Shown: piece after piece, positions 49,753-58,642 of the stretch
Layout: the number at the start of each line of letters is the position of its first letter
Position numbering within the stretch: the first letter of the stretch is position 1
Assembly (NCBI GenBank): GCA_035685925.1
Contig: DASRZZ010000009.1
Coordinates: forward strand, 1,195 to 65,194
DNA length: 64,000 nt
DNA from: Syntrophales bacterium
GTDB taxonomy: Bacteria; Desulfobacterota; Syntrophia; Syntrophales; UBA2185
Reading direction: 5' to 3'
Made by a program: the position numbers and the translations under genes
Notes under the pieces: model-generated
Told to the model about the DNA's origin: nothing
Databases searched by the model: none
What the model saw: the letters and a program-made list of their open reading frames with translations, nothing else

Positions 49753-51477
49753 TCACCTTAATTTCTTCTGCACGGCGAGGGTATTCTTGAGATTTTCTTG
49801 GGCGATTACGTACTCTGGATTAAGGCGCAGGGCCTCCCTGTAACTCACGATGGCCTCGTCAATCCGCCCTTGATAAAGCAAGGCATTCCCCAGATTGTTA
49901 TGAGCCTTTGCATAGGCAGGGCTGATGCGAATGCTTTCGCGAAACTGGTAAATAGCTTCATCAAGTTTCCCCTGTGAGGCCAACACTGTACCCAGATTAT
50001 AGTGCGCATCGGCCTCATTGCCGATGTTGATGGCCTTGCGAAAGTGGCCAATGGCTTCGTCTTTCTTGCCCTGAAGGCTGAGTGCATAACCCAGGTTATT
50101 TTGCGCCCACGCATTTTCCGATGTAACCTCTATGGCGTGCTCATAAAGAACGATGTTGTTTCGCCAATAGCCAACCTGGATGTAGGTTAAGACTGCGAGA
50201 CAGAAGAGAACCCCCACAGCAACACCGGCCAGTGCAAATTTTCTATAATGCCAGCGTCTGAGAAGCTCCGGAGCGCCCCAGGAAATTACGATGAAAATGC
50301 CGATGAGAGGTATGTATGTGTAGCGGTCAGCCATGGACTGCAATCCCACCTGCACCAGTCCAATGACGGGAACAAGGGTTCCCAAATACCAGAGCCACCC
50401 GACGACAAGATAGGGGAAATGCCCTGCTGCACGGACGGCCAAGTACGTTGCAAATAATAACAGCACCGTTGCCGCTGCTGCCTGCCACGAGAACATTGTG
50501 GCAGTGCCATATGGATAAAAGACAGAAAGCTTTACAGGCCAGAGCATCTTCCCGATATAAGTTACATAGGATATCAGAGCATTGGCGATGCGACAGTCCA
50601 TGGGATAGAGCGCCATGGGTCTCACTATTCGATGTTGGGCGTAGATGGTCACAAAACATAAGGCTATTGTAATGATGATAAATGGCGTCTTTTCCTGCAG
50701 TAGCGGCCTAATCTCCGACCATAACGTACGGGCCTTTATCGCCTTTTTCTGCATTGTGTCTTTTTGCGGCTGTGGCTTTGATTTCTTTTTTTTCTTGGCG
50801 CTACGCGCAGGTTGAGGTGCTGCAACACCTACATGGGCGTCCGCCAGCAGTCGAAGCCGTTTGAGGGGCCAGAAATCGAGAAGCAGAAGAACGAAGGGCA
50901 AAGTAACCAGCATGGGCTTGGCCATGAGCCCCAGGACGAAGAATAGAAGAACAAAGACGTATCTCTTGTAACCGGGACGCTCCACGTAGTAGACATATGC
51001 CCCCATGGTGAGCATCCAGAAAAATGTGGAGAGTACGTCCTTCCGCTCCGCCGCCCAGGCGACAGACTCCACATGGAAGGGGTGCAGCGCGAAAAGCCCT
51101 GCCACAAAGGCGCTCTGCCAGAGGGTATTAGTCATTTTATAAAGTACAAGGAAAAGTAAGATACTGTTGGCCACGTGAAAGAGGACATTCACTAAATGAT
51201 GCAGGCCCGGCTTCAATCCGAACAGCTGGCAGTCCAGCATGTGTGAGAGCCATGTCAAGGGATGCCAGTTATGGGCGTGCGGCTCCGAAAAGGCCCAGAC
51301 TATGCCCTTTAAAGTAATCCCGTCCTGTACATAACGGTTCTCCGTCACGTAATCGCTGTCATCAAACGTTATGAACTCATGGTTTCTGACCTGCCAGAAG
51401 ACCGCAATGCTTGTTATTGCCAGTATAAAGCAGATTATCAATACCAAATAGTTTCTCTTCATCTTCTCTCTTGTCAT
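49753..51477 (-). CDS. TMTC/PMT-like polytopic membrane protein with C-terminal TPR repeats (paralog 2)
   Basis: Shares long identical runs with paralog 1: GLMAKPMLVTLPFVLLLLD, QSMADRYTYIPLIG, HVESVAW.AERKDVLS. C-terminal TPR repeats. Confidence 0.7.
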   Translation of the reverse strand: MTREKMKRNYLVLIICFILAITSIAVFWQVRNHEFITFDDSDYVTENRYVQDGITLKGIVWAFSEPHAHNWHPLTWLSHMLDCQLFGLKPGLHHLVNVLFHVANSILLFLVLYKMTNTLWQSAFVAGLFALHPFHVESVAWAAERKDVLSTFFWMLTMGAYVYYVERPGYKRYVFVLLFFVLGLMAKPMLVTLPFVLLLLDFWPLKRLRLLADAHVGVAAPQPARSAKKKKKSKPQPQKDTMQKKAIKARTLWSEIRPLLQEKTPFIIITIALCFVTIYAQHRIVRPMALYPMDCRIANALISYVTYIGKMLWPVKLSVFYPYGTATMFSWQAAAATVLLLFATYLAVRAAGHFPYLVVGWLWYLGTLVPVIGLVQVGLQSMADRYTYIPLIGIFIVISWGAPELLRRWHYRKFALAGVAVGVLFCLAVLTYIQVGYWRNNIVLYEHAIEVTSENAWAQNNLGYALSLQGKKDEAIGHFRKAINIGNEADAHYNLGTVLASQGKLDEAIYQFRESIRISPAYAKAHNNLGNALLYQGRIDEAIVSYREALRLNPEYVIAQENLKNTLAVQKKLR

Positions 51478-51496
51478 TTGTTAGCTGCAATAGGAT

Positions 51497-53377
51497 TCAT
51501 TTTTTCTTATTTTGCATCGCAAGGGCATTTTTCAGGTTGTCCTTCGCTAGCCTGAATTCGGGGTTTATCCGCAGGGCTTCACGGTAACTTTCAATGGCCT
51601 CGTCAAATCTGCCCTGATGGAGCAAGGCGCTGCCCAGATTGTTATGGGCATCCGCCCAATCAGGGTTGAGCATTACAGCCTCCCTAAAGTGTGTAATAGC
51701 CTCCCCTTCATTGCCTTGAAGAGCCAGGACATAACCCAGATTATTTTGATATTCTGCAGAGCGAGGTTTGAGTGCAATAGCCTCCTTTAGGCAGGCAACA
51801 GCCTCTACCATCTTACCCTGGCGAGATAAAACATTGCCCAGGTTATAATACGCATCAGGGTAATTCGGATTGATCCTTAATGTTTCCTCGTAGTCCGCGA
51901 CAGCCCCTTTATAATCGCCCAGATTGAGCCTTGTGTTCCCACGATTGTAATAAGCCGCATAAAAACTAGGATTCCACTTAATCGCTTTATCGTAATACGT
52001 CAATGCCTCGGATGCATGGCCTGCATCGGCAAGTGCCTTCCCATAATTATTTAACGGCCTCGGCTTATCCGGAGATTTCTTTGCACTGTCGCCCCACAGC
52101 GTATAGTCACTTTTCCATACCTTGTTGCGCTCATAGGTCAATACGGTGTTAGTCAGGACCATCAAGACCATGACCCCCAATGCTACCTGTTTGTATCTGC
52201 CATATAAGAAATAAAAAAGGACGCCTGTCAGGACAAGAAAAAAGCCAATGCTCGGCAAATACGTGCGATGCTCAAATATGACATTCTGTGAAATAGGTAT
52301 GATACTCGATTCCACAGACAGGGTTAAAAAAAACCAGAATATACCGAAAAAAATCAGCCGATACCTGCGGAATAGAAGTATCCCCAAAAAAAGAACCCCT
52401 GCCAGAGATAGCATCCCGACGACCGTATGCCATTCAAAAAGACTATGGGAGATGGGATAATCGTAATCAAAATTCTGATTTACAGGAACTATGAGCAGCC
52501 TGATATATGTCAGTATGACACTGAACTGGGTGAAGAAATATTCCCATGCCGTTATGGGATAATCATAACCCTGATAGAGAAGAGGGGGTATGGGTTTTAA
52601 TATGTTAAAGGAAAAATCAAGGAAAAAAAGGACAATGAAAATCACAAGAATAATGGCGGGGATCTGAATACCCCTGTCTTTTAAATCGATCCGCCATGTA
52701 TGGGTCTTTATAAAACTGAATTCATAAAGGACAAGGGTAAAGGGCAGGGTAAAGACAATCTCCTTGGTCAGCATCCCCAGTACTGCGCACAGTATGGAAC
52801 CTGCATAGAAAAAGAAACCCCGCTTATCTTTATTATCTTCCCCAAGTCTGCTCTTGACATACAAAGCCAACGACAACAGATAAAACAGTGTGGCCAATGA
52901 GGCCAACCGCTGCACTATATACGTTACCGACTGCGTAGCCAGCGGGTGGGATACAAACAAAAGGGCCGTAAATAGGGCCATTGCCCCTTTATGTCTCGCT
53001 ATCGGCTGATTCCTCATCACTGGTGTCGCCATTGTCAGCATCACCAGCCACCATACTAATACGGCATTAGCAATATGTATCGCCAGATTAACGAGGTGGT
53101 ATCCCCACAGATCAAGCCTGTGAAAATGATAGTTCAGGGCAAAGGATAGATACCCTACGGGACGGCTGGGGTAAAAGCTCCACCAGGCCTTAACATTGGA
53201 GAGGCTCCTTATAGCGATATTCTCCTCAATGGTCGGGACATCGTCAAAATGAAAAGAGCATTCAAACGAGTTGGAGTAGGCTATTAGCCCTGCCAGGCAT
53301 ATAAGTATTATGGACAGTGAGTGCCAAGGGAATTGTCGGCTTCTCCCTCGCTTTTTCTTCTGTGTTTTCTTCGCCAA
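51497..53377 (-). CDS. TMTC/PMT-like polytopic membrane protein with C-terminal TPR repeats (paralog 3, more divergent)
   Basis: Same architecture (FHFDD, HLVNLAIHIANA, multi-TM, then about seven TPRs) but clearly diverged. Only 19 nt upstream of paralog 2. Confidence 0.7.
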   Translation of the reverse strand: MAKKTQKKKRGRSRQFPWHSLSIILICLAGLIAYSNSFECSFHFDDVPTIEENIAIRSLSNVKAWWSFYPSRPVGYLSFALNYHFHRLDLWGYHLVNLAIHIANAVLVWWLVMLTMATPVMRNQPIARHKGAMALFTALLFVSHPLATQSVTYIVQRLASLATLFYLLSLALYVKSRLGEDNKDKRGFFFYAGSILCAVLGMLTKEIVFTLPFTLVLYEFSFIKTHTWRIDLKDRGIQIPAIILVIFIVLFFLDFSFNILKPIPPLLYQGYDYPITAWEYFFTQFSVILTYIRLLIVPVNQNFDYDYPISHSLFEWHTVVGMLSLAGVLFLGILLFRRYRLIFFGIFWFFLTLSVESSIIPISQNVIFEHRTYLPSIGFFLVLTGVLFYFLYGRYKQVALGVMVLMVLTNTVLTYERNKVWKSDYTLWGDSAKKSPDKPRPLNNYGKALADAGHASEALTYYDKAIKWNPSFYAAYYNRGNTRLNLGDYKGAVADYEETLRINPNYPDAYYNLGNVLSRQGKMVEAVACLKEAIALKPRSAEYQNNLGYVLALQGNEGEAITHFREAVMLNPDWADAHNNLGSALLHQGRFDEAIESYREALRINPEFRLAKDNLKNALAMQNKKK

Positions 53378-53479
53378 CTGTTCTTTTTCCTACACTGCCT
53401 CTAAAAGGCTGCTTCAGAGCGCATGAGCATATAGTTAGTCAAGTCAAATATGACATTCACTGCCGTCACCTCAACATTG

Positions 53480-55219
53480 TCATTTAATTTGTCGCAGCGG
53501 ACACGACTTCGCTTGGGCAGGATTCATCCCCGGCCGGATCTGATTGAGCATCGCCTCCATTCTTTCTGCGAGAGGGGGTAGAGTTTTGGCGTCCAGTGCC
53601 GATACGGCTATGGCCCCAAACTTCTGGCAGAGGTTCTGCAGCATCGCTTTGTCGGGGAAACGATCCTCCTTGTTGAAGACACGAATGGCAGGTTTCTGAA
53701 TGATTGCAAGCTCCTCCAGAATTTTCTCAACCGCCGCTATATGGCCCTCAAAATCCGGGTTGCTGATGTCAATTACATGGAGAAGGACATCGGCCTCATG
53801 GAGTTCACCCAATGTCGCCCGAAAGGCGGCGAAGAGATCCCGGGGAAGGTCCCGGATAAAGCCTACCGTGTCGGTAATAACTGCCTCCGTGTCACGGGGA
53901 AAGCGGAGCCGCGAGCTTTTCGGATCAAGGGTCGCAAACAGGCGATCTTCTGTAAAGACCCTGCTTTTCGTGAGCGTATTCAAGAGGGTTGACTTCCCGG
54001 CATTGGTGTAGCCAACGATGGAGATTATAGGCAATCCCATTCTCCCCCGTTTAACCCGGCGCTGCCCCCTTGCCCTCTCGATCTCGTGCATTTCATGTTC
54101 AAGGCGGTGGATTCGATCCCGTACACGGCGCCGGTTTATCTCAAGCTTTGTTTCTCCCGGTCCCCTTCCCCCGATGCCTCCTGCGAGTCTTGACATGGCA
54201 GTATTCTTTGTGACCAGCCTGGGTAATAGGTATTTTAACTGGGCAAGCTCGACCTGGAGTTTCCCCTCTCTGCTGTGGGCACGCTGCGCGAAGATATCAA
54301 GTATTACCTGGGTGCGATCGACAACCTTCATCTCTGTGAAATCCGTAACAGACCTGAGTTGCGCAGGCTGCAGCTCGTGGTCGAAGATAAGGAGATTTGC
54401 CCCTATCTGCATGGCCCTGATGACAAGCTCCGACATTCTCCCTTTGCCGAGGATAAATCGGGGGTCTATCTGTTCACGATACTGGATGATGCTGTCGAAG
54501 ACCTCGACCCCGCAGGACCGGGCAAGTTCCTTAAGTTCATCCAAAGATCCCCGGGTATCGGCAAGGGGCATTGTTTCTACACGGATCAGTATGGCGCGGT
54601 CTGTAGAATCCACCTTTCTGGTCTTCTGCTTCTTCGCAAATTCGCTTTCCAAGGCCTGGATGAAGGCAAGAAAATCAAGGTGCATCTCTGAAGGACGAAC
54701 CTTTTCCATAATGAGCCAATATTTGCCGTTGGGGTTTTCCGGAGTCAGGTGAGCTGTGTGGGCATAACCGGGAAGTCCATCTGCATCCGTCTCAACAGCT
54801 GAGATGAGATCAAGGCGGAGCAGGGCCAAATCCGTGAGGTCGTCAGTGGTGAGTCCCTCACCGTTCAAATGGGTGTGGATTAGACGGAGACCTTTGAAGC
54901 GGCTGGAAGAGGATCGAAAGCCGTCAAGGCCGGGAATCATGATGTCCTTGGGTGAGCCGGCGATAACATACGCGATTTCACCTCTGCGGCTGATCAGGAT
55001 GCCTATCTGGCGGTTGATTTCCCGCGAAAGAGATGTGATTTGTCTCGCCAGTTCGTGGGTAACGACGCGTTCCGGCGGCACCTTCCTCCCGTAGAGTTGA
55101 CCGATCCTCCTTATCTGTTCCGCCCTGAGACCGGTCAGGTTGCCATGGACCTTATTGATTGCCTGCCCCCTTGCTTTCAGCTTGACGCGCCGCCATTCTT
55201 CTCCCCAGACGTTCCTCAA
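53480..55219 (-). CDS. hflX: GTPase HflX with long N-terminal extension
   Basis: HflX N-domain (DRAILIRV...ELKELA), coiled linker, G-domain (GYTNAGKSTL, DTVGF, NKED). About 190 additional N-terminal residues. The exact start is uncertain because the ORF overlaps the upstream zinc-ribbon gene by 68 nt. Confidence 0.85.
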   Translation of the reverse strand: MRNVWGEEWRRVKLKARGQAINKVHGNLTGLRAEQIRRIGQLYGRKVPPERVVTHELARQITSLSREINRQIGILISRRGEIAYVIAGSPKDIMIPGLDGFRSSSSRFKGLRLIHTHLNGEGLTTDDLTDLALLRLDLISAVETDADGLPGYAHTAHLTPENPNGKYWLIMEKVRPSEMHLDFLAFIQALESEFAKKQKTRKVDSTDRAILIRVETMPLADTRGSLDELKELARSCGVEVFDSIIQYREQIDPRFILGKGRMSELVIRAMQIGANLLIFDHELQPAQLRSVTDFTEMKVVDRTQVILDIFAQRAHSREGKLQVELAQLKYLLPRLVTKNTAMSRLAGGIGGRGPGETKLEINRRRVRDRIHRLEHEMHEIERARGQRRVKRGRMGLPIISIVGYTNAGKSTLLNTLTKSRVFTEDRLFATLDPKSSRLRFPRDTEAVITDTVGFIRDLPRDLFAAFRATLGELHEADVLLHVIDISNPDFEGHIAAVEKILEELAIIQKPAIRVFNKEDRFPDKAMLQNLCQKFGAIAVSALDAKTLPPLAERMEAMLNQIRPGMNPAQAKSCPLRQIK

Positions 55220-55376
55220 ATCTCTCCCGGCTGTGAAAACAGGCGCGACCTATCAACTTTTTTGGCTTCGTTGCTCCGCATTTGGGACAGGCGACACCTT
55301 CCTGGTCTTCACGGATCTTCATGAAGCGCTCAAAGATATGCTTGCAGACCTTGCATTCAAATTCATAGATGGGCAT
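55152..55376 (-). CDS. FmdB-family zinc-ribbon protein
   Basis: MPIYEFECKVCKHIFE...CPKCG is the canonical FmdB/CxxC..CxxC start. Start taken at MPIYEF. Confidence 0.7.
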   Translation of the reverse strand: MPIYEFECKVCKHIFERFMKIREDQEGVACPKCGATKPKKLIGRACFHSRERFEERLGRRMAARQAESKGAGNQ

Positions 55377-55451
55377 GAAAGATTCCCACAATCTTCATTT
55401 GATGGAAAATTAACATACTCACCGGTTACGGTCAAGTAATTTCAGGCAAAG

Positions 55452-55484
55452 AAAAACCCCGGAGGGCCGTCCCTCCGGGGTTTT
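55452..55484 (-). terminator. Intrinsic terminator after the porin gene
   Basis: Perfect 10-bp GC-rich stem CCCCGGAGGG/CCCTCCGGGG, followed on the minus strand by TTTTTCTTT. Confidence 0.65.
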
Positions 55485-55508
55485 GAGATGCAATTAGCAA
55501 CGATCGGA

Positions 55509-56900
55509 TTAGAAGGAGAGTGTCAGTTTGTGAGTTACGAGATAGTCGTTGCTGATTTGGGCTGCTGGATCGGTACCCTTCCAATAATCACCCGCCCACA
55601 GGTAGGCAAAACCGACCATGTAGGAAAGGTTGTCGTAGATCTTGTAGGTCGCCGTTATATCCAATTCTTCGCCGTAGTTCTTGGATTGCCAACCACTCGC
55701 TACGGGATCCCGGTCGGCCTGGGCCCAGGTAAAGCTCGCCCTGACATCCAGTTTCGGTACAGGCTTTATACCGGCGAAGACCTGCACCAAGAGCGCATTA
55801 GCAATACCACCTGACATACTGGTGGCTGATGATAAAGCACCCATCTTGCCTTCCCACCTGCCCAGGTCATAGTTGAAGAGCATCAGACAGGGGTTGAAGT
55901 CGGTGCCTCCTCCGGCTCCTGATTCAACCTTGTCTGTCGTGCTTGGGTCGTCACCCTCTACCCAGACGCCTGTAATACCTGCATACATGGGCGCAAAATC
56001 ATAGGTAAGAGAGGCGTAGGCTTCCCATCCACTCCTGTCTACGTCGGGCCCACCTGCTGCTGCACTTTCAAACGCTTTCGCTTTGCCTGTGATGTAAACG
56101 ACTTCAGCCTCGAAATAGGCAGGTCCAAACTGTGCCTTCACATACGGGTCAAATATCCAGTACTTTGACTTGTATCCGAAATCCTCTGCAGGGGTAGCGG
56201 CGGGACCGCTCGTATTGGTAAGGAGGTAGTAATAGATGAGTAAACCCGCATTGCCCTTGCCCCAGTCATACACAAAGGCGCCAACGAACTTGTCCGCCTG
56301 GGAATCAGTCTGATAGCTGGCAACATTTAAGTTGCCGGAAGGACCGGCCGGGCTGTAGTACTCAGAGCCTTCTATTTTATCCCAGAGGACTATAAATGTC
56401 CACGGTCCATACGGGTAATCGTATCTTACCCGGGGGCCGTAGTACTGTTCACCGCTGTCAGCGAAGTCGGTGCCAAACTTTGCCTGTGTCTGGTAACCGG
56501 CTCTCAAGAGACCGCCCCAGAGATTGGCCGATACATACGCATGGGTGAACTTGATGTTCTCGGATTCGGAATCTATCCCATTAGGATTAGATAACGGAGT
56601 CCCGGGAGTGTACCCCGAAAGAGAACCCCCAGCATTACGCGTAGCACCCCAGATCTTTTCCAGGATGTCGGCTCTGGTCGTAAAGCTCAGGCCTTCCTGA
56701 ACCTTGAAGTCCGCCTGGAGTCTCAATCTCTGCCAAACATTCGTGAGAGATCCGCCACCGTTCGACAACAGTGTTCGGTTGTTCTCGTAGTAACCCTGGG
56801 CGACATATGATCCGCTGAACTTCACATCCGCCGCACATACGGGCATAGCGAAGGCCGCAATCAGGGCTACTGATAGTAAAACTATCCAAAGCTTTTTCAT
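55509..56900 (-). CDS. Outer-membrane beta-barrel porin-like protein, copy B (complete)
   Basis: Signal peptide MKKLWIVLLSVALIAAFAMPVCA, alternating aromatic/Gly-rich strands, and the OMP-typical C-terminal ...HKLTLSF. The family name is not certain. Confidence 0.65.
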   Translation of the reverse strand: MKKLWIVLLSVALIAAFAMPVCAADVKFSGSYVAQGYYENNRTLLSNGGGSLTNVWQRLRLQADFKVQEGLSFTTRADILEKIWGATRNAGGSLSGYTPGTPLSNPNGIDSESENIKFTHAYVSANLWGGLLRAGYQTQAKFGTDFADSGEQYYGPRVRYDYPYGPWTFIVLWDKIEGSEYYSPAGPSGNLNVASYQTDSQADKFVGAFVYDWGKGNAGLLIYYYLLTNTSGPAATPAEDFGYKSKYWIFDPYVKAQFGPAYFEAEVVYITGKAKAFESAAAGGPDVDRSGWEAYASLTYDFAPMYAGITGVWVEGDDPSTTDKVESGAGGGTDFNPCLMLFNYDLGRWEGKMGALSSATSMSGGIANALLVQVFAGIKPVPKLDVRASFTWAQADRDPVASGWQSKNYGEELDITATYKIYDNLSYMVGFAYLWAGDYWKGTDPAAQISNDYLVTHKLTLSF

Positions 56901-57494
56901 TGTTTCCTCCTGTTTTTGTTTTTAAAATTGATCTTTCCGGGCATGTTCCTGAAAGACCATCCTCAGAACCACTTTAAAAACTTCGGCCTCTGAAATTATC
57001 CCGAGGCCGCTGCAATACCTTCTTCACCTCCTTTCATTGAGATTTATGGGTTGGATATGTAACATCGCCAATATCCCTTGTCAAGCCTTTTTGCCGCAAT
57101 CTCACACTAAGGGCTTTGCAAAAATCCCCTTTCCTTCATTTTTGCCAGCAATAAGCGTACCAGTTGGTAAAACCATGATGTTTCATAAAAAGAAATACAT
57201 AGGTAACATCATGTAAATGCAGGCGTAAATGCCAAGGCATTGTTATCGCTTGAGAAATGCATCAAAGCCTGTAAAAACTTCTAAAATACGAAAAATCAAT
57301 TGCATCGCACACGGCGCTGGCGCCGAAGCGACCAGTCCAAGTTGTTGGTGAATATGATAATCTTATTTACTATCAAAGGCTTACATGATTTTTTGCAGTT
57401 AGACGAAACGGCAGATAGAAAATCCTATGAAACAATAAGATGTGCTTTGAACTGTGGCGAAATAAACACACTTTAACCTGGGCATCGGGATTTT

Positions 57495-58475
57495 TTACAA
57501 CAGTCCTTGATGATCTCTTACCATGTCTATATCCATCTTGATGTTGCGCCCCTGCGTTGTAAGATAGTTTCCTATCATAATGCCATTCGCGCCGGCAAAC
57601 GGGGCCCATGATTGATAATCCCTAAGAGTAACCTCTCTGCCACCGCAAATAAGGATATTCTTGTCGGGGTTGACAAATCTGAAAATGGCTATGCACTTTA
57701 ATGCCTCAAGAGGCGTGAGCAAAGGTCTATCCCCCATCGGAGTGCCGGGAATTGGATTAAGAAAATTTATCGGTATCCCGTCAACGTCGAGTTCTTTTAG
57801 AGTAAGGGCCAGCTCCACGCGCTGTTCCCAGGTTTCACCTAGCCCCAGGATGCCTCCTGAACAGGCTTTCATCCCTGCCGCTTTGGCAAGATTAACAGTA
57901 ATAATATCCTCATCGTAATCATGCGTGGTGCAGACATTGTCAAAAAAACTCCGGGCCGTTTCCAGATTGTGATGGTAAACAGCAATCCCTCCTTTTGCGA
58001 GCCTCATAGCAATTGCTTCATTAAGCATGCCCAGCGATGCGCAGACCGTGAGGTGTGTCTCTCTGGCGATGGCAGTGGCACTTCTGCAGATGACATCCAG
58101 TTCTTTGTCTGTCAGCATATATCCGCTTGTTACCATGGAATACCTTGTGGCTCCTCCCTTTTCTAACTCAATCGCACTTTTCACGATCTCATCTTCATCC
58201 AATAAGGGATAGGCCTTGATCTCCGTCCTGTGATGCGCAGACTGGGCGCAGAAGGCGCAGTCTTCGGAGCAAAAACCTGATTTGGCATTGATGATGGAGC
58301 ACAGAATGGATTTTTCCTTCCCTCGCATCTTTTTTATCTTGTGGGCACAGAATAGCAAGTCCATGGTATCCTTTTCCGGAAGCTTCGCAAGTTCACAGGC
58401 ATCCTCGTAAGAAACTGCATCACCGCCGTACTCAATAACCCTTGCAGTCAGCTCTATGATCGTCTTGTTGAACAT
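57495..58475 (-). CDS. bioB: Biotin synthase
   Basis: Radical-SAM CSEDCAFCAQS, plus the YHHNLET and SGGILGLGE motifs. Confidence 0.9.
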   Translation of the reverse strand: MFNKTIIELTARVIEYGGDAVSYEDACELAKLPEKDTMDLLFCAHKIKKMRGKEKSILCSIINAKSGFCSEDCAFCAQSAHHRTEIKAYPLLDEDEIVKSAIELEKGGATRYSMVTSGYMLTDKELDVICRSATAIARETHLTVCASLGMLNEAIAMRLAKGGIAVYHHNLETARSFFDNVCTTHDYDEDIITVNLAKAAGMKACSGGILGLGETWEQRVELALTLKELDVDGIPINFLNPIPGTPMGDRPLLTPLEALKCIAIFRFVNPDKNILICGGREVTLRDYQSWAPFAGANGIMIGNYLTTQGRNIKMDIDMVRDHQGLL

Positions 58476-58584
58476 ATTTTTCTCCTTTACAGGATGCCCA
58501 TTTATCGGGGAAATAATCCGGCACTCACCAGCAACGACAAAGCATTTAAAAGAGAATGTGCGTATATCAGAGAGCTAACCATAA

Positions 58585-58612
58585 GTCAACCTTATTTACA
58601 TTTTGGGTTGAC
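58585..58612. promoter_or_regulatory. Candidate BirA operator (inverted repeat) in the bioB/birA divergent region
   Basis: GTCAACC-N14-GGTTGAC is a perfect 7-bp inverted repeat. The right arm overlaps a TTGACA -35 box (58608-58613), with TATGAG 17 nt downstream. Confidence 0.45.
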
Positions 58613-58642
58613 AATTAGCGGGGGGGATGTTATGAGCCCCCC

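Noticed and set aside
54018-54752. 244-aa and 138-aa plus-strand ORFs
   Set aside because: Antisense to hflX. The products are Ser/Arg-rich nonsense-like sequences.
57213-57237. Sigma54-like TGGCAT...CTGCA element on the minus strand upstream of the porin
   Set aside because: The GG-to-GC spacing is one nucleotide off the canonical -24/-12 geometry, and no enhancer-binding-protein gene is adjacent.
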